Below, piece by piece: positions 9,964 to 18,067 of a stretch of 64,000 nt of DNA (the first letter of the stretch is position 1; every line of letters starts with the position of its first letter). Under the pieces are notes generated by a model. That model did not search any database, was not told where the DNA came from, and saw nothing but the letters and a program-made list of their open reading frames with translations. Made by a program: the position numbers and the translations under genes. The stretch is from a virus, in IMG/VR virus record IMGVR_UViG_3300009104_000017, positions 3,308-67,307 of that record. One strand, 5' to 3'.

Positions 9964-10185
9964 ATGGACATAATAAGAAGAACTTTAAAGAGAGCAAACG
10001 AAGCTGAGTCAATGAGCTTTGAACAATACAGCGCCGAATCTTGGGCGCTTGGCACCCTTAAGGGTATGGTCAGCTATTGGGCTGATACAGAATGGTGTCA
10101 GGGAAAAAGACAAGAAAATGAATGGGCTAAAGAAGTCCTTCAAAGAATCAAGGAGCTTGACAGGGTATTCAAAGAAGAGCGTTAA
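9964..10185 (+). CDS. 73-aa helical early protein, paralog of 11234-11464
   Basis: IRRTLKRANEAESMSFEQYSAE vs IRTYLERARKAEPLSFEQRGAE. Confidence 0.7.
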   Translation: MDIIRRTLKRANEAESMSFEQYSAESWALGTLKGMVSYWADTEWCQGKRQENEWAKEVLQRIKELDRVFKEER

Positions 10186-10296
10186 CTATATATACCCCCT
10201 TCGACAGCGGAAGGGGTATATAAGCCTTGCGGGGCGCACGGCGCAGACACTAAGACAGCGCCGCCTACCCCGCTGAATACGATTTTTCGCTTCCAA

Positions 10297-11117
10297 AATT
10301 TAGGGCGCCCTAAATTCTAAAAGAGGGTATATAAGGCTTTCGGCCAAATTTAGGGTAGCCTAAATCCTATATTGGGGTATATAAGGCTTTGCGTAGTCTT
10401 TATATAGGCATACCGTATGGGTTATACAGAGGAAAAACATGTATCAAATACCATGCAACGGAAACTGTGGAAAAATCCTATTATCCACATCGCCAGCAAG
10501 CTCTTATAATTGGGCAACACGAGACGAGCTAACCTGTGACAACTGTGCACAGCGAATAGCTGACACCATCAGCGGTGACTTAATGAGGGACTAAATATGA
10601 AAAATATAACAAATCTAACAGACTCCCAACTAATTAAAATTGGTTGGGAAGAAGGCCAGCCAGATACACTTTGCGAAGTGTGCGCAGACAACGAGATGAT
10701 AACAGAAGCATCTCACTACAGCCACAACACAGAAATGTGTTATGACTGCTATCAGGAGGTAAACGAATAATGTTAAGAAGTGAAGTAATAACAGGCATTC
10801 AAGCTCTAAGACATTTCTTAGAAAAAAATCATTCAGGACATCCTGATGATTTAGCTTATTATGATGAGGTATTGGTTGAAGCTCGTTTAGCAGTTTTGTT
10901 AAATGAGCAGAATGACCCTCACAGCCCATAAGTATATATACCCCCTTCGACAGCGGAAGGGGTATATAAGCCTTGCGGGGCGCACGGCGCCAGTGTTTAA
11001 CGCGCCGCCTACCCCGCTGAATTAGGGTATATAAGGCTTTCGGTCCTTTATATACCCCCTTCTATCTCTTCTGAATCCTTTATATACCCCCTTCTAGAAA
11101 ATTTAGGGTAGCCTAAA
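10297..11117. promoter_or_regulatory. three TTTAGG-N4-CCTAAA operator-like palindromes
   Basis: 10297-10316 (perfect 20-bp palindrome), 10348-10365, 11101-11117. Confidence 0.6.
10439..10931 (+). CDS. three coupled microgenes (10439-10594 and 10597-10770 Cys Zn-ribbon-like; 10770-10931)
   Basis: Manual translation; RBS and TAATG coupling. Confidence 0.6.
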
Positions 11118-11233
11118 ACAGTGAGCGGGATTTTTTCCTTTATATACCCCCTTTTAGAAAAATAGGTTTCGTGCTTAGATATGACCGAAAGTGGTATAAG
11201 TTAGCTCCCCTATACTATATCAGAGGAACAAAA

Positions 11234-11464
11234 ATGCAACGAATACGAACATACCTTGAAAGAGCCAGAAAAGCAGAGCCATTAAGCTTTGAGCAAAGAG
11301 GAGCAGAAGCTATGGGCTTCATGCACCTTTGCGCAACCATGAACGCATGGGCTGAACTTGCTTCAGAGTGCGAGAGTAAAACAGAGTGGAATAACTTTGC
11401 AAAATACGTTTTGAAAGAAGTTGAAGAAATTGGAAAAGAAATAAAGGAGTCAAAAAATGAGTAA
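11234..11464 (+). CDS. 76-aa helical early protein, paralog of 9964-10185
   Basis: AGAGGA RBS; similarity over whole length. Confidence 0.7.
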   Translation: MQRIRTYLERARKAEPLSFEQRGAEAMGFMHLCATMNAWAELASECESKTEWNNFAKYVLKEVEEIGKEIKESKNE

Positions 11465-11884
11465 ATACGACATGAAACCAACAGGTAAGAAGTCCAAATA
11501 TGGACAGCCATTATTTGAGTGCACCGAGTGTGCAAACTTAAATGAAAATGTAGATGGTCACACTGTGACCTACTACTTACTAAATGCACAGCTATGCTGG
11601 AACCATTTTCAGGAGTATCACGCATGAGCAGATATAAGAACTTAGACGAGCTAATAGACGCAAACATAAATGGTAAAGCATGTATGTTTGCAAGTAGCAA
11701 AAAATACTTCATAAGTGATGCTATGGTAGGATTTATTAGCTGGTATCTATATATGTATGGAAATGATAATGATTTCGAAAGAATAATAGAAAAACCATAC
11801 TTCTATGAAGAATTATTAGAAGAATATGAAAATGATTTCGAATGGCATCACGGAGAGGGTGTAACAGCAATGGGTAGCCGTTAA
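11457..11884 (+). CDS. two coupled small genes (11457-11627 CxxC/CxxH; 11624-11884)
   Basis: Overlapping start/stop, AGGAG RBS. Confidence 0.6.
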
Positions 11885-11992
11885 CTATATATACCCCCTT
11901 CGACAGCGGAAGGGGTATATAAGGCTATCGCCGGTCACCCCTCAACTATAGTGGGGTGACTGAGACACCCTGAATAAATGAGGTAAAAAAAC

Positions 11993-12250
11993 ATGGCAAT
12001 AAAAGAACCAAACAGCGAAAACTGGTTGACACCAGAGAACATGAAAAAATACATTGAGTATCTTGATGAGCTCGATGAGATGATTGAGGCACAAATTGAG
12101 GCCCACATAGAAGCAAAACACAACGGTGATTAAATGAGTATATCACACTATAATGAGGAAGATTGCCCGCAATGCGGAGCCGTTCTTATAGAATGGCGAT
12201 ACTGCCCACCATGTGGCGCCGATTATGGCGCTGGAGAGGAGGGTATATAA
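11993..12250 (+). CDS. two microgenes (11993-12133 acidic; 12134-12250 double CPxCG zinc finger)
   Basis: CPQCG...CPPCG is typical of archaeal one-domain zinc-finger microproteins. Confidence 0.6.
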
Positions 12251-12305
12251 AGCTTATGCAAGCCTTTATATAGGCACACTGTATGAGTAAACCAGAGGTA
12301 AAACA

Positions 12306-12601
12306 ATGAGAACAAGCGAAATACTAAACGGACTTGAAGCAATAACAGAACTTCTTTACGAAGTTGACGCCTATGACAAGGAATATTCCAGCCAAGTTAT
12401 AGCTAATGCAATGGAAATAATATTGGAGGTAGACCTATGAGTCGAAAAGACTATATCGCAATCGCCAACATCTTAAAGAAATGCAAACATGGAATTTCAA
12501 CAGCAAGTCAAGCAAAACTTGCAGAAGAATTTTGTGAGCTTTTCCTTTTCGATAATGAAAGATTCGATAGTGAAAAATTCTTAGAAGCCTGTGGCCTTTA
12601 A
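12306..12601 (+). CDS. two microgenes (12306-12440; 12437-12601 MSRKDYIAIA...DNERFDSEKFLEACG)
   Basis: Second resembles a widespread small phage protein pattern RKDY..IA...DN.RFD..KF..ACG. Confidence 0.7.
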
Positions 12602-12658
12602 TTAGGTCACAGTTCATACGCACCCATAAGCTTATATAGCACCATGCTATGTTATATT

Positions 12659-12890
12659 TAACGGGGTAGCTCCCTGTTATCGTGAGTGGCCGAATAACTC
12701 CTTCCCAAAGGGAGTAAGGCACAAAAGCATATAGGAACGGACAAGTGTCTGACTTATATGTGGATGGTAAGCGCGGACAATACTTAGGTATTTGGGCCGG
12801 TGGTCTTTGGAGGTTAACCCAGAATCCTCCCTCACACCTTACGTTCAAGGTCTAAGCTCAGTCATTAATGTGGCGCTCTTAGGCCAGCGT
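12659..12890 (+). ncRNA. candidate ~200-230 nt structured RNA
   Basis: TATA at 12628-12638; no + strand ORF in the track; at least five hairpins, closing GUGAG(12682)/CUCAC(12831). Confidence 0.6.
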
Positions 12891-12994
12891 AAGGTATATA
12901 TACCCCCTTCTGCGGGGTTTGCGGCGTGGTAAAGTCCATCGCCGCCTGCCCCGCTGAGGATAAAGCTTATATAGGGGCTCCCCCCTGTGATATT

Positions 12995-13168
12995 ATGAGT
13001 CAATTCAAGAACATAAGGCGCAACTCTAACAGGTTCCGCCGTGTCAGCGGACGCACCCGCGTCAGACCCTTTCAATCAATGACCCCAATGGGTGAAGCTA
13101 TTTGGGCCAGAGATGAAGGACTAGACCAAAAGGTCGCAAAACCAATGAAGAGGGAAAGCCTTAAATAG
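12995..13168 (+). CDS. basic 57-aa protein, probably leaderless
   Basis: ATG ~30 nt after AAAGCTTATATA; Arg-rich. Confidence 0.55.
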   Translation: MSQFKNIRRNSNRFRRVSGRTRVRPFQSMTPMGEAIWARDEGLDQKVAKPMKRESLK

Positions 13169-13199
13169 GCACTCCCTCCTGTAGGTATAGAGGAAAAAC

Positions 13200-13517
13200 A
13201 TGAGTTACAGAAAAGAATCAATGTTAGCCAGAATGAGGAGATGGACAACGCACACTTATCTAAGAGATGCGTATAATCTATCAGCCCGACGCACATATGG
13301 TAAACCATACCGAAACCATATGACACCATCCTATAAGGACTACTTTATAGAAATAGGTGACTCCGTTTACGGAAAGAAAGGTAGCTGGAAAGCAGAAATA
13401 GACTTAGGATGTTTCAAGGAAGGCATGATGTCTCAAATTGAAACTGAATTAAAACTATCTAATCCAGAAGTCTTCATTGATGATGAAGTAAAAATGAGGA
13501 AGATAGGTTACGCTTAA
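13200..13517 (+). CDS. hypothetical protein
   Basis: Promoter/RBS cassette upstream. Confidence 0.7.
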   Translation: MSYRKESMLARMRRWTTHTYLRDAYNLSARRTYGKPYRNHMTPSYKDYFIEIGDSVYGKKGSWKAEIDLGCFKEGMMSQIETELKLSNPEVFIDDEVKMRKIGYA

Positions 13518-13825
13518 CCGCGTCTGTGTTGAGTGCCTCCGACCTGAGCATGTCACCAAACTGCTCACCTTATGATGGAAAAAATCGTTTTGAAGAGGAG
13601 CGAGAAAGTGGGACGCCCATCTACTCACTGAGTAGCTCGCTCCGAACTGAACGCCACTGACCCCGCAAAAATAGCGGGGCAGGCGGACACTGAGAATCGA
13701 GTCATATAAATATGATGATATAGAACCGAGTATATAAAGGACCCAAAGCTTTATATACCCCTACTACCATGTAGTTATACCCCTCCCGACAGCAATTTAG
13801 GGAGGTAATAAATAGGAGATAAACA

Positions 13826-14182
13826 ATGCCTAAAACAACAGAAAACCAAAAAAGCACAGCTATGGATTATTTGTCAGCCCCTCGTTCTGAGGGATTGGTA
13901 GTAAGCCTATTAAGCCTTTTGGGATTTACTGCCGGAGACGGTGGAAGATTACCACAAGGACTAAAATATGATACCCTTAAAGCTATGAGGGATGTTTTTA
14001 GCGCTGAAGTAGGCGCATCGACTGCCGAGTTAATCGGCGCTCGTGTGTGTGAGCTTCAAGCTGAAAGAAAAACTGCTTCTGCTCGAATAAGTGCCTCCCC
14101 TGAGTCATTAATGAACGCAGTAAAAGCAGGTAAGCTAAGCCTTGACCAGCTCAAGGAAGCTATAGCAGGATTGGAGGGTTAA
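13826..14182 (+). CDS. hypothetical protein
   Basis: Promoter at 13745, AGGAG RBS, hairpin over the stop codon. Confidence 0.75.
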   Translation: MPKTTENQKSTAMDYLSAPRSEGLVVSLLSLLGFTAGDGGRLPQGLKYDTLKAMRDVFSAEVGASTAELIGARVCELQAERKTASARISASPESLMNAVKAGKLSLDQLKEAIAGLEG

Positions 14183-14241
14183 AACCCTCCTCTAATCTGG
14201 TTTTGGGGTAACCTTTAAATAGGGCCCCTCTACTGGTATAT

Positions 14242-14578
14242 TACAGTTAAAGCACGTGCCTTAACGGGCTTGAGCTATCAGTCGCAACTTTGAACAATCA
14301 CTGGAATAAATTGAACGGTAGAATATTAGTCAAATTGATGGAGCAGTTCACTCAGTAGGATAGTCACTTGTTTAAGAGGTAATCTTAAAACTCTGGCCAG
14401 TTAAATATCTTTCTCTCAAACTATTCACTCGATAACTTTGTATCACATTCCCTGACTTCATTATACTAAGTTCTCAAGTTTCTAAATTATGTAGCAAGTT
14501 CGCCCTCTGATTTGCGCGCCCCCTCTCGTCACTGGAAACGGTTGGAATGGGGGCCAAGCCCACCCTAGTATTTTTTTT
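14242..14578 (+). ncRNA. candidate ~330-nt structured RNA
   Basis: TATA at 14210-14221, T8 run at 14571-14578, end pairing GGGCUUG(14266)/CAAGCCC(14555), GAAA tetraloop hairpin. Confidence 0.6.
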
Positions 14579-14647
14579 AAAGAGACCCCTATATATAGTT
14601 TGCGGGGTGCACGGCTTAAACGTAGATTAATGCCGCCCGCCCCGCTG

Positions 14648-14992
14648 AGATATAGAGCCCTATATAAAGCTTTCGTCTATGCTTAATTAAGCCATGATTA
14701 GACATATACTGAGCGTCTACTAGTATTTGAGGCTCTATTTTATCTCCCTCTGTAGCTGAGTAGAGCCATATGGCTCCATTAAGCATAGGAAGGGTGCTAA
14801 GTAGAGCCATAGTGCTGAGTAGAGCCGTGTATATGCTTGGGCACACTCCTACTAAGCTAATTAAGCTATAAAGGCTCTATAAGGCTAATAGGCTCTACTT
14901 ATCTCTCTATTAATGCCTTAACTAAGCTATATATGCTCTATATAGCTAATATATATAATATATAGTAATATATATAGTATAGATATAGCTAC
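14648..14992. repeat. AT-rich island with many GCTCTA/TAGAGC hexamers (origin-like)
   Basis: Clustered hexamers followed by a TATATA-rich tract. Confidence 0.5.
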
Positions 14993-15070
14993 CCCCGATT
15001 TGACCCCAACCTTTAAATACCCTGTCCCCCATGTAGATTTAGCCCCTGCCAAAGGGACTAAGGTATAACA

Positions 15071-15657
15071 ATGACCACAATTAAAGATATAGAAGAAATG
15101 ATAGGAAGCCTGTCAGCATCTCAGATAAAAGAGATAATGGCATCTACGTCTAACGTAGTAAGAAAGATAGATACCCGTGCAAGGGAAAGACGTATAGCTA
15201 AAACTGAGCTATACTTCTCAGTAGCACCACTACCGTATAAGTCACCATATGAAGAGTATAAGGACCATAGTGACTCTATCCGTGAGCAAGTATTATCAGG
15301 GGTAGACCTATGAATGAAGTAACGATAGAAGATGTGCAACACTTTATCCGAGCTAAGTCAGAGATACCCTTAATTCATGTTAGAGGTATGGATGACCCTA
15401 TCTATAAGAATATGGAAGATATAGTATTAAGGATATGGCCTGAAACAGAGAAACATCCATATGCTATTGCGCAACAGATTAAAGAGATAATGTTTACCTT
15501 TCAGTATATGGAAGAACATGACCAAACTACGTTTATAAATGTCCTAAAGAAGTATCAAGTTAAAGGAACTTCTGGAGGTATAACAGGTAAACGAACTTAT
15601 GGATATGATAAGAGTAGAATAGACAGGGCTATGATTAGACGTAAGAGAGGTAACTAA
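15071..15657 (+). CDS. two hypothetical proteins (15071-15313; 15310-15657)
   Basis: Promoter at 15008; ATGA coupling. Confidence 0.65.
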
Positions 15658-15763
15658 ATATGGAATGTAAACTTTGTGGTATAGAGTGTGATTATGAAGT
15701 TATACTTACTTATGGACATACTGATGGTATAGAAGAATTTACTTGTAGTAGCTGTGAGGAATA

Positions 15764-16420
15764 ATGTTAACATATAATTTTAATAGTATAAAGGAAGCTG
15801 AATTAGCAGTAGGAGGATTGTCAGCGCCAAGTAAGATGCCATCATACGCTTGGTCTATCTCTGCTAAGAGATGTAATACAGGTAGTAAATTAGCCAAAGT
15901 TAAAGGTAGTGTTTGCTACAACTGTTATGCGCTTAAGGGAAGATATATGTTTAATAATGTTCAAGACGCTTTAGAACGTAGGTTCGATGCATGGAATAGT
16001 AATAGGGACAAGTGGAAAGATGCTATGATATACATCATGCACAATAAGAAACATATAGTAGATAACCAAGTATTCAGATGGTTTGATTCTGGAGACATAC
16101 AGGGAGTAGATATGCTTAATGATATAAATGTAGTAGCATGGGCTTCACCCCATATACGTTTTTGGTTACCAACAAAAGAATATAAATTAGTTAAAGATTT
16201 TGATATAGATGTTGCCCCTAACTTAATTATAAGAGTTAGTGCGCCAACAGTAGATAAAGGATTTAGCGGATATACGCATATTTCAACAGTATGGAATAAG
16301 GACAAATTGGATATGGCTGATGGAGTCATATGTCCTGCTTCTAAGCAAGGTAATGTTTGTGGTAGTTGCCGTGCCTGTTGGAATGATAAGGTTAGTGAGG
16401 TCTCATATGTCTCTCACTAA
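15764..16420 (+). CDS. GP88-family Cys-rich (radical-SAM-like) protein
   Basis: SKMP...C...C..CYA, FRWFDSGD, FWLPTKE, CPA...C..CRACW. Confidence 0.8.
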   Translation: MLTYNFNSIKEAELAVGGLSAPSKMPSYAWSISAKRCNTGSKLAKVKGSVCYNCYALKGRYMFNNVQDALERRFDAWNSNRDKWKDAMIYIMHNKKHIVDNQVFRWFDSGDIQGVDMLNDINVVAWASPHIRFWLPTKEYKLVKDFDIDVAPNLIIRVSAPTVDKGFSGYTHISTVWNKDKLDMADGVICPASKQGNVCGSCRACWNDKVSEVSYVSH

Positions 16421-16666
16421 CCAACATTTATTAGTTCGTGGTATTATAGTAGATTTTGTATACCGTTCACCCCACCACACACATATAGATAGGACAAATG
16501 TCGCTGAGTAGATGGATGCTGAATATATTTAGATATGAGACTCCCATAGGAGTATACTCATATAAAGATATATTATTTATTACTGACTACAATAGTAGTA
16601 TAGAGGTCGAGGAAAGCTTTAAATACCCCTCCGACCATTTAGGATTACCGAAAGGAATAAACAACA

Positions 16667-17683
16667 ATGAGTGAAAAGACACCATTAGAGGAGATGTTCG
16701 ATATAAGTCGAGACGAAGATAGAGATATGACCGATGAGGAAATATCTATACTTGAGTCAGGCGAAAGAGAGGATGACTCCCATGCTGAGCCAATCGTAGA
16801 AGATGAACCCGTAGTTCATATTCCAACGGTTATATCTAAGTTAAAGGGTAGTGTAGACATACCGGAAGAGTTTAAGTTTACGGATGATACTACTTTCTAT
16901 TCTATGCTTAGAAATATATATAGAGGTAAATCTATATTAGTAACAGGACCATCAGGTTGTGGTAAGAGTAGTTTAGGTAAAATACTTGCTGAGATTACTG
17001 ATAAGCCATTCCATGCGTTTAACTTTGGAGATACAATGAACCCAAGTGCTAAGCTACTTGGTGACACTAAGTTTGATAAAGAGAAAGGCACATGGTTTAA
17101 GCCATCTCGATTCGTATCTGCACTAAAAGATGAACGTGGTTCATTTATAATGTTAGATGAAGTTACGAGAGATAGAACCGGTGACTTAGCTAATATCCTT
17201 ATGCCTGTCTTAGATGGACAGAGATACTTAGCCTTAGATGAAAGTGAAGATGCTGACGTGGTAAAGATAGACGATGGCGCATTTTTCTTTGCTACTGCTA
17301 ATATTGGTAGAGAATATCTCGGTGCTTCTCATGACTTAGATAGAGCATGGAAAGATAGATTCACCGGTGGTATATATGAATTAGAATATCTACCTAAGAA
17401 TAAGGAAAAATCACTACTTATGATAAGGAACCCTAACCTTAAAGATAAAGATGCTGAACATATAACTGACTTTGCTGAAAGAGTAAGAGCATTGTATAAG
17501 GCAGATGAACTTAATACTTCTGTGTCTACCCGTATGTGTCTAACTGCGTCAGAATTAGTAGTAGACGGAATGGATTTGTTAGAAGCATTGAAGATGACAT
17601 GCTTACCTTTCTATCCTATTACTGCTGGTGATGATACTGAAAGAGTAAGAGTGATACAAACTATACAAGCTATGGGAGAGTAA
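16667..17683 (+). CDS. MoxR/CbbQ/CobS-like AAA+ ATPase
   Basis: GPSGCGKS, IMLDE, FATAN, LDRAWKDRF, VSTR. Confidence 0.9.
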   Translation: MSEKTPLEEMFDISRDEDRDMTDEEISILESGEREDDSHAEPIVEDEPVVHIPTVISKLKGSVDIPEEFKFTDDTTFYSMLRNIYRGKSILVTGPSGCGKSSLGKILAEITDKPFHAFNFGDTMNPSAKLLGDTKFDKEKGTWFKPSRFVSALKDERGSFIMLDEVTRDRTGDLANILMPVLDGQRYLALDESEDADVVKIDDGAFFFATANIGREYLGASHDLDRAWKDRFTGGIYELEYLPKNKEKSLLMIRNPNLKDKDAEHITDFAERVRALYKADELNTSVSTRMCLTASELVVDGMDLLEALKMTCLPFYPITAGDDTERVRVIQTIQAMGE

Positions 17684-18067
17684 ATGGCTAAAAGTAGAAA
17701 GAAAGACATATATTGGCATAATGTAGCAAGGATATGTATTGAGTATGGATTTAAACCAGCTCAAACAGCTAAGGTAATAAAAGAGATATTTCCACAGGCT
17801 GAAGTTACAGGTAGGCACATTGGTGCTTACAAACGTAGACTTACATCCGAAGGGGCAATAACAGAAGTATTACCGTCTAACCTTATATCTATTAGAGATA
17901 TGGTAGAACAAGCTAAAGATATGGTTACAGGTGAAGATATGTTTATCTATAAATGTTCCGTTGGTAGTCATAAGAGAAGTCTAAAGTGCTTTGAGTATAA
18001 ACTAACAGCAGAATTAGAAGATGAAATAACAAAGATAGAAACATGGATAGAGACGATAAAGAAATAG
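17684..18067 (+). CDS. hypothetical protein (possible HTH)
   Basis: In operon between the AAA+ and vWA genes. Confidence 0.6.
   Translation: MAKSRKKDIYWHNVARICIEYGFKPAQTAKVIKEIFPQAEVTGRHIGAYKRRLTSEGAITEVLPSNLISIRDMVEQAKDMVTGEDMFIYKCSVGSHKRSLKCFEYKLTAELEDEITKIETWIETIKK

Larger units (their letters stand above)
10187..11923. repeat. three identical convergent-TATA inverted repeats TATATATACCCCCTTCGACAGCGGAAGGGGTATATAAG
   Basis: 10187-10224, 10933-10970, 11886-11923, each right after a stop codon; variant near 9713-9748. Confidence 0.9.
9219..14645 (+). repeat. six copies of a 43-45 bp interrupted inverted repeat GCGGGG-N4-(C/T)GGC...GCC(G/A)-N4-CCCCGC
   Basis: Copies at 9219-9261, 9758-9801, 10229-10273, 10975-11017, 12912-12954, 14602-14645; same orientation, variable central loop. 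Confidence 0.9.

Noticed and set aside
14529-14553. Orc1/Cdc6 ORB element (CACTGGAAAC...GGGGG)
   Set aside because: Single imperfect match, better explained as a GAAA-tetraloop hairpin in the candidate RNA
9219-14645. CRISPR or mini-CRISPR array (repeats plus nearby Cas4-like gene)
   Set aside because: Repeats are hundreds of bp apart and separated by genes, with no regular spacers; stand-alone Cas4-like nucleases are common in archaeal viruses
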